From assembly GCA_900317555.1 (NCBI GenBank), contig ONHF01000015.1:6090-70089 (forward strand): 64,000 nucleotides of DNA, read 5' to 3'. Source of the stretch: an uncultured Lachnospiraceae bacterium. Its GTDB lineage: Bacteria > Bacillota > Clostridia > Lachnospirales > Lachnospiraceae. A program made the position numbers and the translations under genes. Positions 12,073-20,785 of the stretch are shown piece after piece. The stretch's first letter is position 1. Each line of letters opens with the position of its first letter. The notes under the pieces were generated by a model. That model saw nothing but the letters and a program-made list of their open reading frames with translations. It searched no databases and had not been told where the DNA came from.

Positions 12073-12501
12073 TTATTTATCTGCCTCTGTCTTTTCTTCC
12101 TTCGCATCTGCAGCTTTTTTCTCGTCAAGAGTGATGAAAAGATTGCTCATTCTCTTGTTGATTCTGTAAGCTCTGCCCTGTGCTCTGGGCTGGATTCTCT
12201 TGAGAATCGGGCCGTTTGAAGCACTGCACTCCGCGATGTAGAGGTCAGCTCTGTTCATACCGAGATTGTTCTCGGCATTAGCGATTGCAGAATTGAGCAG
12301 TTTGAGGATTACGCCTGAAGCGTATCTGGGGCTGTACTCAAGAATACCGATTGCCGTCGCAATGTCCTTACCTCTGATGGCATCCATTACGAAGCAGGCT
12401 TTCTGAACCGGAATTCTTGCATATGTGAGCTTTGCATGAGGTCTTGTATCTTTAACCGCATTTCTGGCTCTCTTTACTTGTGTTCTATGTCCGTTAGCCA
12501 T
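12073..12501 (-). CDS. rplV: 50S ribosomal protein L22
   Basis: SAIANAENN, PRAQGRA. Confidence 0.98.
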   Translation of the reverse strand: MANGHRTQVKRARNAVKDTRPHAKLTYARIPVQKACFVMDAIRGKDIATAIGILEYSPRYASGVILKLLNSAIANAENNLGMNRADLYIAECSASNGPILKRIQPRAQGRAYRINKRMSNLFITLDEKKAADAKEEKTEADK

Positions 12502-12534
12502 AGATTTGAACTCCTTTCAATAACTGGGGCGCGC

Positions 12535-12828
12535 TTATCTTCTCGCGCCTGCCGCTGCGTCAGATTTGTTGTTGCCGTTGTGACCGCGGAATGTTCTGGT
12601 CTGTACAAACTCTCCGAGCTTGTGTCCAACCATATCTTCCGTGACATATACCGGAACATGCTTTCTGCCATCATGTACAGCAATTGTATGTCCTACAAAG
12701 GACGGGAAAATCGTAGAACGGCGGGACCAAGTCTTGATGACCTGCTTGTCACCGGCCGCGTTCATTGCGTCAATTTTCTTAAGGAGCTTTGTGTCAGCAA
12801 AAGGTCCTTTTTTCAGTGATCTAGCCAT
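12535..12828 (-). CDS. rpsS: 30S ribosomal protein S19
   Basis: [19 protein letters not shown]. Confidence 0.99.
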   Translation of the reverse strand: MARSLKKGPFADTKLLKKIDAMNAAGDKQVIKTWSRRSTIFPSFVGHTIAVHDGRKHVPVYVTEDMVGHKLGEFVQTRTFRGHNGNNKSDAAAGARR

Positions 12829-12839
12829 GTCTGTCCTCC

Positions 12840-13679
12840 TTATTTAAGTCCCTTACCATTCTTTCTTCTTACGATCAGCTTGTCAGAAGCTTTTCTGCGA
12901 CGGGTCTTGTAACCAAGAGCAGGCTTGCCCCAAGGTGTTACAGGGCCGGGACGGCCGATCGGAGCCTTGCCTTCGCCGCCGCCGTGCGGGTGATCGTTCG
13001 GGTTCATGACGGAACCTCTTACGTGAGGACGGATACCCATGTGGCGGACACGGCCGGCCTTGCCGAGTTTAACAAGGTTATGGTCGATGTTGCCTACAAT
13101 GCCGATGGTTGCTCTGCATGCAAGCGGAACCATTCTCATCTCGCCGGAAGGAAGACGAAGTGTAGCGTAGCCGTTTTCCTTCGCCATCAGCTGGGCGCCT
13201 GCGCCGGCAGTTCTTGCCATCTGGCCGCCCTTGCCGGGATACAGCTCAACATTGTGTACCATGGTACCGACAGGGATCTCGGAAAGAGGAAGGCAGTTGC
13301 CGACTCTCACCTCGGCCTTGGGGCCGTTCATGACCTTCATGCCGTCTGTCAGTCCGGAGGGAGCGAGGATATAGCTCTTCTCACCATCCGCGTATACAAT
13401 CAGAGCGATGTTCGCAGTTCTGTTCGGATCGTACTCAATGCCGATAACAGTAGCCGGAACATCATCCTTAAGTCTTCTGAAATCGACGTTTCTGTATTTG
13501 TTTCTGTTGCCGCCGCCTCTGTGACGAATTGTGATCTTGCCCTGGTTGTTTCTTCCAGCGTTCTTCTTCTTGGAAACGATCAGCGACTTCTCGGGAGTCG
13601 TCTTTGTTACTTCCGCGAAATCGGAACCGGACATATTACGTCTGGACGGGGTATAAGCGGTATACTTTTTAATTCCCAT
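12840..13679 (-). CDS. rplB: 50S ribosomal protein L2
   Basis: [23 protein letters not shown]. Confidence 0.99.
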   Translation of the reverse strand: MGIKKYTAYTPSRRNMSGSDFAEVTKTTPEKSLIVSKKKNAGRNNQGKITIRHRGGGNRNKYRNVDFRRLKDDVPATVIGIEYDPNRTANIALIVYADGEKSYILAPSGLTDGMKVMNGPKAEVRVGNCLPLSEIPVGTMVHNVELYPGKGGQMARTAGAGAQLMAKENGYATLRLPSGEMRMVPLACRATIGIVGNIDHNLVKLGKAGRVRHMGIRPHVRGSVMNPNDHPHGGGEGKAPIGRPGPVTPWGKPALGYKTRRRKASDKLIVRRKNGKGLK

Positions 13680-13766
13680 TTTTCATACTCCTTTATATTT
13701 GCACCGCGTCGCAGCCATACATGCATCCTATGCACTCTCGACTGCGAATTTATTCATGACCGGCAA

Positions 13767-14066
13767 TTAAAGGCCGGAGAAGAACTCGATATCCTTCGAA
13801 TCCTCTGTCAGAAAAACAACCGCTTTCTTGGCCTTTGCTGTATATCCGACGGTCATTCCTCTTCTCTTTTTCTTCGCGCGGCAGGTAATGGTGTTGACTC
13901 TTCTGACTTTCGCTCCGTCGAACATCTTCTCAACCGCTTCCTTGATCTGGATCTTGTTAGCTTCCGGATGCACATAGAATGTGTACTTCTTCTCAGCAGT
14001 AGCGTTCATGCTCTTCTCTGTGAGAACGGGCTTCAAGATAACGTCATAATATCCGAGTGCTGCCAT
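13767..14066 (-). CDS. rplW: 50S ribosomal protein L23
   Basis: [18 protein letters not shown]. Confidence 0.98.
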   Translation of the reverse strand: MAALGYYDVILKPVLTEKSMNATAEKKYTFYVHPEANKIQIKEAVEKMFDGAKVRRVNTITCRAKKKRRGMTVGYTAKAKKAVVFLTEDSKDIEFFSGL

Positions 14067-14689
14067 TATGCGTACACCTCCTCGATCTTCGCTGCAGCGT
14101 CCTTTGTCAGGATCACTGTCTTCGCGTCCAAAACATCATAAACATTCAGCTCGTTCGTTCCGAACATCTTCACGGTAGGAATGTTGGCCGCGCTGCGGGA
14201 TACATTAGCATCCGTGCCTTCAACAACAACCAGTGCCTTGCCGGCTACCTTAAGGTTGTCAAGGACTTTGACGAATTCCTTTGTCTTGGGAGCGTCAAAC
14301 TTCAGTTCGTCAACAACGATGAGCTTTCCTGTCGCAACGCTGTCGCTCAGAGCGGATAAAAGAGCCGCTCTCTTTTCCTTCTTGTTCAGCTTGAAGGAAT
14401 AATCTCTCGGTACAGGTGCGAACGCAACGCCGCCGTGTGTCCACTGCGGAGCTCTTGTTGAGCCCTGTCTTGCATGGCCGGTTCCCTTCTGTCTCCAGGG
14501 CTTTCTTGTGCTGCCGGAAACTTCGGAACGTGTCTTGGCCTTCTGTGTTCCCTGACGGTTGTTCGCGAGCTGCTGTACAACAGCCATATGAAGCAGGTGC
14601 TCGTTCGGTGTTACGCCAAAGACTGCATCGGACAGCTCGATCGTGCCGACCTCTTTGCCTTCCATATTATAAACTGTTACGTTAGCCAT
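14066..14689 (-). CDS. rplD: 50S ribosomal protein L4
   Basis: [15 protein letters not shown]. Confidence 0.99.
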   Translation of the reverse strand: MANVTVYNMEGKEVGTIELSDAVFGVTPNEHLLHMAVVQQLANNRQGTQKAKTRSEVSGSTRKPWRQKGTGHARQGSTRAPQWTHGGVAFAPVPRDYSFKLNKKEKRAALLSALSDSVATGKLIVVDELKFDAPKTKEFVKVLDNLKVAGKALVVVEGTDANVSRSAANIPTVKMFGTNELNVYDVLDAKTVILTKDAAAKIEEVYA

Positions 14690-14722
14690 CTTCGAATGGT
14701 CCTCCTTTCATTCAGGCAGCGA

Positions 14723-15403
14723 TTACGCTTCTACCTTTGTCGTCTCTTTGATCGTGACAAGACCCTTCTTCGGTCCGGGAACAGCTCCCTTTACAAGGAT
14801 GATGTTCTTGTCCGCGTCAACGGATACGATCTCGAGATTTCTCACGGTAACCTGAACGCTTCCTGCGTGGCCGGGCATTCCTTTACCTTTGAATACGCGG
14901 CTCGGTGTGGAAGATGTACCGTTGGAACCCTGATGGCGGTGGAACTTGGAGCCGTGGCCCATAGGTCCTCTGTGCTGACCCTTCTGGATGGCACTCAGGA
15001 ATCCCTTACCTTTGGAGATGGCCGTTACATCGATTCTGTCGCCTTCAGCGAAGATGTCAGCCTTGATTTCATTGCCAAGCTGGTAATCCGCGGCATTTTC
15101 AAATCTGAACTCCTTGACATACTTCTTGCTGGAAACGCCGGCCTTCTCGAAATGGCCCTTCTCCGCTCTGTTCACGCCATGGCGGTGAGCAACTTCCACT
15201 TTTCCGTTCTTGTCAACAGTCTTAACCCTGTCAACAGCATCAACAGTCGCAACCTGAACCGCTTCATAACCGTCGTTCTCGGCTGTCTTGACCTGCGTAA
15301 CCACATTCGGCTGCGCTTCGAGTACTGTTACAGGAATCAGTGTTCCGTCTTCCTTGAAGATCTGTGTCATACCGATCTTCGTTGCAAGTATAGCTTTCTT
15401 CAT
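14723..15403 (-). CDS. rplC: 50S ribosomal protein L3
   Basis: [24 protein letters not shown]. Confidence 0.99.
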   Translation of the reverse strand: MKKAILATKIGMTQIFKEDGTLIPVTVLEAQPNVVTQVKTAENDGYEAVQVATVDAVDRVKTVDKNGKVEVAHRHGVNRAEKGHFEKAGVSSKKYVKEFRFENAADYQLGNEIKADIFAEGDRIDVTAISKGKGFLSAIQKGQHRGPMGHGSKFHRHQGSNGTSSTPSRVFKGKGMPGHAGSVQVTVRNLEIVSVDADKNIILVKGAVPGPKKGLVTIKETTKVEA

Positions 15404-15759
15404 GCTTTACCTCTTTCTGCCGCTCTGCGGCGTTGTAACACTCTTCCAAGTGTTAATCCCTACAGCGGACATCGCACGCATCCGGATGCAGTACACTGCT
15501 TCCGGCGCCGCAGCGTGTGTGTGATTCACGCTTTTCCTTTCCAAAGGCTCCAGTCTGCTGTCTGACTGCCGGCTGACCTTGCCGCTGCCTTTGTGCTGCC
15601 TGCTTCTCTCTCATGGAACACTTCACAGGTTAGTTCCGTGAGGGGATGTCATTCTAGTAGAGGTTTGTTGTTATGCGGCCATCCGCGGCCGCGCTGCAAA
15701 ACACCGTTTCCGGCGTTTGTGCCTTTCATGGCAGGCTTTCGCCTGTGCCGCGGTATTTA

Positions 15760-16071
15760 TCACTGCATCTTTACGTTGATGTAAACACCTGCGGGCATTT
15801 CAAGACGCTGAAGAGCATCCACCGTCTTCTGGTTGGGAGTGATGACATCGATCAGTCTCTTGTGTGTTCTCTGCTCGAACTGCTCACGGCTGTCTTTATA
15901 CTTATGAACAGCGCGAAGGATTGTAACAACCTCCTTCTTCGTGGGAAGCGGAACAGGGCCGCTGACCTGAGATCCGGACTTCTTCACAGTCTCGATAATC
16001 TTCTTCGCGGAAGCATCGATAAGTTCGTGATCATATGCCTTCAATGTAATTCTCATAACCTGATTTGCCAT
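15760..16071 (-). CDS. rpsJ: 30S ribosomal protein S10
   Basis: [23 protein letters not shown]; start MANQV after AAGGAGG. Confidence 0.99.
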   Translation of the reverse strand: MANQVMRITLKAYDHELIDASAKKIIETVKKSGSQVSGPVPLPTKKEVVTILRAVHKYKDSREQFEQRTHKRLIDVITPNQKTVDALQRLEMPAGVYINVKMQ

Positions 16072-16381
16072 AAAAAAAGTCGCCTCCTTATTCGCACTTT
16101 TTAATGAAGTACGACAAGCGGTGACTGTACACACTCCCGTGCGTGTCCTGATTGTCTCAAAAAGATAACGGCTTCGAAGAAGCCGTTCAGGACGCTGACA
16201 CGTCGTTTCTGCTCGGGGCAGACTGTTCTTCGGTACAGTGACTTGTCGTCAGATTGTCGGGCTTTGCGTTCTGTCAGGTCAGGGCAGAACCACCCCAGAC
16301 ATTCGCTCCACGGAGTAACCCGAGTCCATGCCGACGCACTTTCTCAGCAACCTCTCGCTTCATAGCTATCATGTCACAGCA
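16072..16381 (-). promoter_or_regulatory. Long structured 5' leader of the S10 operon (S10 leader-like)
   Basis: ~310 nt between predicted promoter and rpsJ; GAAGCGAGAGGUUGC and CCGUGGAG blocks recalled from Firmicutes S10 leaders; SD-sequestering hairpin. Confidence 0.6.
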
Positions 16382-16387
16382 ATGATG

Positions 16388-16416
16388 ATTGTACACGAAG
16401 AATGGCTGCAGTTCAA
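16388..16416 (-). promoter_or_regulatory. SigA promoter of S10 operon
   Basis: TTGAAC-17 bp-TACAAT on minus strand with AT-rich upstream region. Confidence 0.75.
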
Positions 16417-16573
16417 GAACTAATTTTAAATATTTCTCTGTTTTTTACAAAATTTCAAAAGAAACTTTGGTTGTTTTCGTTTGCCGCCGTTTCACAGTTT
16501 GCCAAAACATGCCCTCTATTATAATATAGGTTGTAGTTTTTTAAATCAGATTTGTTTTAAAAGGAAGAACACG

Positions 16574-17461
16574 ATGATGTGGATTGCTGACGCATGGAAA
16601 GATTACGAAGTACTGGACACCTCAGCCGGAGAAAAGCTCGAGCGCTGGGGTGAATACCTGTTGATCCGTCCGGACCCGCAGGTCATCTGGTCGACGGCAA
16701 AGTCTCCCGAATGGAAGAAGTATAACGGACATTATCACCGAAGCTCAAAGGGCGGCGGCAGCTGGGAATTCCGTAACCTTCCGGAAGAATGGGTCATCCA
16801 CTATGATCTGTCAACCGGCAGCCGCCTGTCCTTCGGGCTCAAGCCGTTCAGTTTTAAACACACAGGATTGTTCCCCGAACAGGCAGCGAACTGGGAATGG
16901 TTTTCCCGGCTGATCAGAGACGCCACCTCTCGCGGACGTCAGATCCGGGTACTGAACCTGTTCGCCTACACCGGAGGCGCGACGGTCGCCGCAGCTTCTG
17001 CCGGCGCGCAGGTAACGCATGTTGACGCGTCCCGGGGAATGGTTACATGGGCAAAGGAAAACGCTGTCCTCTCCGGTCTGGCCGACGCGAAAATCCGCTG
17101 GCTTGTCGATGACTGCACAAAATTTGTTGAACGCGAAATCCGAAGAGGCAGCCATTACGACGCAATCATTCTCGATCCGCCGTCGTATGGCAGAGGTCCC
17201 AAAGGAGAAATCTGGAAGATGGAAGAAAGCATCTATCCGTTCCTTCAGCTGGTCAGCAGGCTGCTCTCGGAAGATCCTCTTTTCGTTCTTCTGAACTCCT
17301 ATACAACAGGCCTTCAGCCGGCAGTTCTGCGTTATCTTTTAGGAGAAACTGTAAACCGCGTAAGAGAAGGCCATATTGAGGCAGACGAAGTCGGGCTTCC
17401 CGTAACTTCGAGCGGTTTCGTCCTTCCCTGCGGCGCCGCGGGACGCTGGACACGGGATTGA
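16574..17461 (+). CDS. Class I SAM-dependent methyltransferase (RlmI/RlmK-like)
   Basis: KHTGLFPEQ, VLNLFAYTGGA, HVDAS, ILDPPSYG motifs. Confidence 0.9.
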   Translation: MMWIADAWKDYEVLDTSAGEKLERWGEYLLIRPDPQVIWSTAKSPEWKKYNGHYHRSSKGGGSWEFRNLPEEWVIHYDLSTGSRLSFGLKPFSFKHTGLFPEQAANWEWFSRLIRDATSRGRQIRVLNLFAYTGGATVAAASAGAQVTHVDASRGMVTWAKENAVLSGLADAKIRWLVDDCTKFVEREIRRGSHYDAIILDPPSYGRGPKGEIWKMEESIYPFLQLVSRLLSEDPLFVLLNSYTTGLQPAVLRYLLGETVNRVREGHIEADEVGLPVTSSGFVLPCGAAGRWTRD

Positions 17462-17467
17462 ATTCTG

Positions 17468-17754
17468 TCAATCATCTTTGATGTTCCCGGCCGCGTCTGT
17501 TTTGACCTGGATCTGCTGCATCCGAAAGTCCAGCTGGTTGATGAGTTCCGCGCTTTCTTTGAGCTCCGCGGAAACAGTCTCTTCATCCGGGATCTCTTTC
17601 TTGTACTGCAGCGTATGCTTGAGACTTGCTCAGAAATCCATCGCAATGGTCCGGAACTGCACCTCAACCCGGACCATTTTTTATTCTGTGTCAGAAAAAT
17701 CGGAAGCTCCGGAATCAGATGAAGACTTCAGTACCCATTACTCTTGGGGCGGCG
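17468..17754 (-). pseudogene. Remnant of small alarmone synthetase / GTP pyrophosphokinase (RelQ/RelP-like), C-terminal part only
   Basis: Manual translation: RRPKSNGY*SLHLIPELPIFLTQNKK (frameshift) MVRVEVQFRTIAMDF*ASLKHTLQYKKEIP; matches GYRSLH and EIQIRTIAMDFWASLEH motifs. Confidence 0.85.
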
Positions 17755-17758
17755 TCAT

Positions 17759-18364
17759 TCATACTAATGCTCCGTTTCTTTTCAGCCTGTGATACATCTG
17801 CGCGATCGGCAGACCAACCACATTGTAATAATCTCCTGCGATGCCGCTGATATATCTGCCAAAACATCCCTGTATGCCATACGCCCCCGCCTTATCATCC
17901 GCTTCACCGCTTAAAACATATTCGTCAATTTCAGCATCTGTCATCGGATCGACGATTACGCGCGTCGTCTCAAAGAAGCTTTCCTCCTTCACATCACCAT
18001 CCTCACCGCGGGTGTAAATAACAACACCGGTTATGACGCGGTGGCGATGCCCCTGCAGAGCATGAAGCATCTCGCATGCCTGTCCGCGGTCCGCCGGTTT
18101 CCCGAGAATTCTGCAGTCCGCACCGATTCTGTCTCCTTCGCCGTAAACGACAATTGTATCCGCGCCGATAATAACCGCAGGGCCTTCTGTCTTTTCAAGA
18201 ATTTCTTTTGCTTTGTTGCCGGCTAACGCCATGGCATATTCGCCGGGTGTATCCCGCCGGCATTCTCCGTCACCCTGCGCAGGTATAATTTCGCAGGGAA
18301 TACAGGCCTGTGCCATCAGCTCTCTTCTTCTCGGCGATGCCGACGCAAGTATAATTCTACTCAT
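17759..18364 (-). CDS. maf: Maf-family nucleoside triphosphate pyrophosphatase
   Basis: IILASASPRRRELM, GADTIV, DKAGAYGIQG, YNVVGLP. Confidence 0.95.
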   Translation of the reverse strand: MSRIILASASPRRRELMAQACIPCEIIPAQGDGECRRDTPGEYAMALAGNKAKEILEKTEGPAVIIGADTIVVYGEGDRIGADCRILGKPADRGQACEMLHALQGHRHRVITGVVIYTRGEDGDVKEESFFETTRVIVDPMTDAEIDEYVLSGEADDKAGAYGIQGCFGRYISGIAGDYYNVVGLPIAQMYHRLKRNGALV

Positions 18365-18403
18365 GCATTGTTCTCCAATCCCGGTCCGCCCGCCTCTTAG
18401 ACA

Positions 18404-18440
18404 ATAATAAAGCGGACATTTTAAACGTCCGCTTTATTAT
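18404..18440. terminator. Bidirectional intrinsic terminator-like hairpin
   Basis: ATAATAAAGCGGAC...GTCCGCTTTATTAT inverted repeat. Confidence 0.7.
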
Positions 18441-18473
18441 ATACTATTCTGTTGTATGTTCCAAACCGGCTCA

Positions 18474-18950
18474 TTACTCCGACTGCTGCGGCCATTTGGA
18501 TTCATCCGGCTGACCGCCCGCGGTTGCGCTGTCTATGATCTTCATCAGTTCCAGCGCACTCCTGAAATACACTTTCCTGTTCTGCTCTGCCCACACAACA
18601 TCACCCTGCCAGGTCGCATTCTGCCGGTATTTAATCTGGACAATGAATGTTGCCTGACCGCCGCGTTCATCCTGTATCGTCATATTCTTCACTTCCTTCC
18701 CGTTCCTGTGTTTCGGGCCTTCTCTTTGTGCCGGCGGATCAAAGGATCTTACGACAGTCGACTCCTGCGGAAAGTCAATCTCGTTCATCATTTCATCGAT
18801 TTTGCGAAGCAAATCCGCCGCCGACTCAAATTGCCGTGGACACTCATGGAAGTGATCCCATAAGCGTCCGTACACATTTCCGCCCGCAACACCGTCAACA
18901 CAGATGTTCACAAGATTCGGCGCGCTCGTTGATATCCTGATATCTTCCAT
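18474..18950 (-). CDS. Hypothetical protein with internal duplication (partner of BTAD regulator)
   Basis: GAGGAGG SD; two similar halves GRLW..FESAADLLRKID and WQGDVVW..FRSALELMKIID. Confidence 0.85.
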   Translation of the reverse strand: MEDIRISTSAPNLVNICVDGVAGGNVYGRLWDHFHECPRQFESAADLLRKIDEMMNEIDFPQESTVVRSFDPPAQREGPKHRNGKEVKNMTIQDERGGQATFIVQIKYRQNATWQGDVVWAEQNRKVYFRSALELMKIIDSATAGGQPDESKWPQQSE

Positions 18951-18967
18951 GACAATATCTGCCTCCT

Positions 18968-20164
18968 CTAATCCTGCACGATCCTTGAGAGATCGGAGAG
19001 CGATACATTGGAATAACGGACATCCGCCTTTGCTCCCTCTCTTTCCTTAAGGCTTTTGGATATTCTTCTGGCAACAACATCGCAGCCTTCTCTGGTACTG
19101 CCAATCAGCAGTACCAGATACTGGGATGCACTGAATTTTGTATAAACGTCGCCTTTGCGCAGGGATGAGCCGATCGATTCCTTCAATGCTCTGCCGCGTT
19201 CCTCCAGCTTCTCTTTATTGGAAATCGGTTTCCCTTCATAATCTACCAGCGTGCAAAGGAGCATAAACGCCGAGAATCCGATTCTTTCCATGTTCCTCTG
19301 CATAATGTGATAGGTATCAATAAAGCTGGGATAGGAGCAGTAATAAGCTCCGGAAACCGGATTCTCAACAAGCGATGACTGAATTTCCATCAGCTCCGTC
19401 TGCGGCTGCTGGAGTTTTCTGCTCATCTTCCGGTAATTTTCGAGCATCTTATCTGACGGCGTCAGCCCCATATCATCGGTATATCTGCGAACGGTAGTAT
19501 CGTACAGCTGATATGCCTCCTTATAATTCTCCTGACTGATCAGTGCCTCGATCTGGTATGCCTGCCAGTCGCTGTCCGGATAGATCTTTGCCGCCTTTTC
19601 ATAAATTCTGTACATATCCTGATAGTCTTTACGGGACTTGGTATAATTCCCCAGCCACTTCGCGGCTTCGTTGAATTTCTGATGCAGCTGTGCACCGGCC
19701 TTTACGACAAAGGTCTTTGTTCCGGCTTCCGGCAGAAGTTCCCCCCGGTAAAGGTCGAAGGCATGTGCGTAGAGATCATACTTCCTGTCTTCATCCTTCT
19801 CTGCTCTCGCCTGATCGATATAGCTGTTAAAATCCAGAACATCAATTGTCAGCGGTACGCCGGGATCGGGTATGAATACCTTTCCCCGTTTAATGATATA
19901 ATCTTTCTTGGGAAGTCCTGCTGCTTCCATCTGCCTTCGCATCTGAAAAACAAGATTATTGAAGCTGTTGTTGGGATTGGATAATTCGTCTGCTTCATAA
20001 AGATATCGGACAATCTGCGTCTTTGATATTCCCTTGTTGCCTTCCAGCCACACCATCTGTAAAAGCTGCACGAATTTTGCTGTGGTATTCCTGCCCAGAA
20101 TTATTTCCTCGTTCCCGTAATGAAGTATAAAACCACCCAGCATTCTTACATGCAAAGTTTCCAT
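18968..20164 (-). CDS. SARP/BTAD-type transcriptional regulator with degenerate C-terminal GGDEF-like domain
   Basis: N-term LHVRMLGGF winged-HTH, LYRGELLP BTAD motif, C-term LRKGDVYTKFSASQYLVLL. Confidence 0.85.
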   Translation of the reverse strand: METLHVRMLGGFILHYGNEEIILGRNTTAKFVQLLQMVWLEGNKGISKTQIVRYLYEADELSNPNNSFNNLVFQMRRQMEAAGLPKKDYIIKRGKVFIPDPGVPLTIDVLDFNSYIDQARAEKDEDRKYDLYAHAFDLYRGELLPEAGTKTFVVKAGAQLHQKFNEAAKWLGNYTKSRKDYQDMYRIYEKAAKIYPDSDWQAYQIEALISQENYKEAYQLYDTTVRRYTDDMGLTPSDKMLENYRKMSRKLQQPQTELMEIQSSLVENPVSGAYYCSYPSFIDTYHIMQRNMERIGFSAFMLLCTLVDYEGKPISNKEKLEERGRALKESIGSSLRKGDVYTKFSASQYLVLLIGSTREGCDVVARRISKSLKEREGAKADVRYSNVSLSDLSRIVQD

Positions 20165-20189
20165 AAAGATCACCCCGCCAGTTTCCTCA

Positions 20190-20398
20190 AGTGATATTTC
20201 TATCATATATTTAATTATCAAATAACGCATTGCAGTGATATTATCTGATAATTAATCTAATAGTATAATATCACTTTCCAATGCATCAGGCAACAAAAGT
20301 TGCACCACTTGTGGTTATTAGTGAAATCCCCGCAAATAGGGTATGGTTAGTACAGGGATATTACCTTAAACATACTGAGTAAAGGATAATTTCCCTTT
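20190..20398. promoter_or_regulatory. Divergent control region with repeated AG(T/G)GATATT boxes and a long inverted repeat
   Basis: AGTGATATT 20190, AGTGATATTAT 20234, inverted ATAATATCACT 20265, AGGGATATTAC 20354, AAGGATAATTT 20382. Confidence 0.6.
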
Positions 20399-20411
20399 GA
20401 AAAGGAGAGCT

Positions 20412-20621
20412 ATGATCACTTATAACGGACTTTGGAGGATGATGAAGGAGCGCGGAATCACACAGTACGCGTTAATTCATACATACGGCATCTCGCCCGG
20501 TCAGATTACCAGACTGAAGAGGAACGAGTATGTCAGCACGCATACCATTGATGTTTTCTGCTGCATTTTCAACTGCGAGGTAGGCGATATCATGGAATAC
20601 CAGCCGGATGAAAAGAACTGA
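20412..20621 (+). CDS. Small Cro/C1-type HTH transcriptional regulator
   Basis: MITYNGLWRMMKERGITQYAL..C.IFNCEVGDIMEY; AAAGGAG SD. Confidence 0.9.
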   Translation: MITYNGLWRMMKERGITQYALIHTYGISPGQITRLKRNEYVSTHTIDVFCCIFNCEVGDIMEYQPDEKN

Positions 20622-20657
20622 AGCCGGTCCGGCAGATCGGTCTGCCGGACCGGCTTC
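20620..20657. repeat. Perfect 17-bp-stem GC-rich hairpin
   Basis: GAAGCCGGTCCGGCAGA-TCGG-TCTGCCGGACCGGCTTC. Confidence 0.85.
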
Positions 20658-20723
20658 CTTCTGATGGAAAAGGTATGATAAGTCCTGTCCGCGTATCGGA
20701 CAGGAACGGTTCCAAAAGCTGCT

Positions 20724-20763
20724 AAAGAAAAGCGGGACAGCACCAGCTGTCCCGCTTTTCTTT
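20724..20763. terminator. Bidirectional intrinsic terminator after tuf
   Basis: AAAGAAAAGCGGGACAGC-ACCA-GCTGTCCCGCTTTTCTTT. Confidence 0.85.
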
Positions 20764-20785
20764 TATATTTGCATCTGATCAATGA

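Noticed and set aside
330-15620. Recurring GCTGCC/GGCAGC-containing hairpins in r-protein spacers as a REP-like family
   Set aside because: Shared core is only 6-8 bp with inconsistent flanks; cannot be distinguished from chance by eye.
17630-17730. Two in-frame TGA codons suggesting UGA recoding (Trp or Sec)
   Set aside because: One replaces Arg, a frameshift and truncation accompany them, and TGA is a regular stop in many core genes here.
17332-17792. Track ORFs 17332..17667 (-) and 17478..17792 (+)
   Set aside because: Off-frame or antisense readings of the synthetase pseudogene; no protein-like features.
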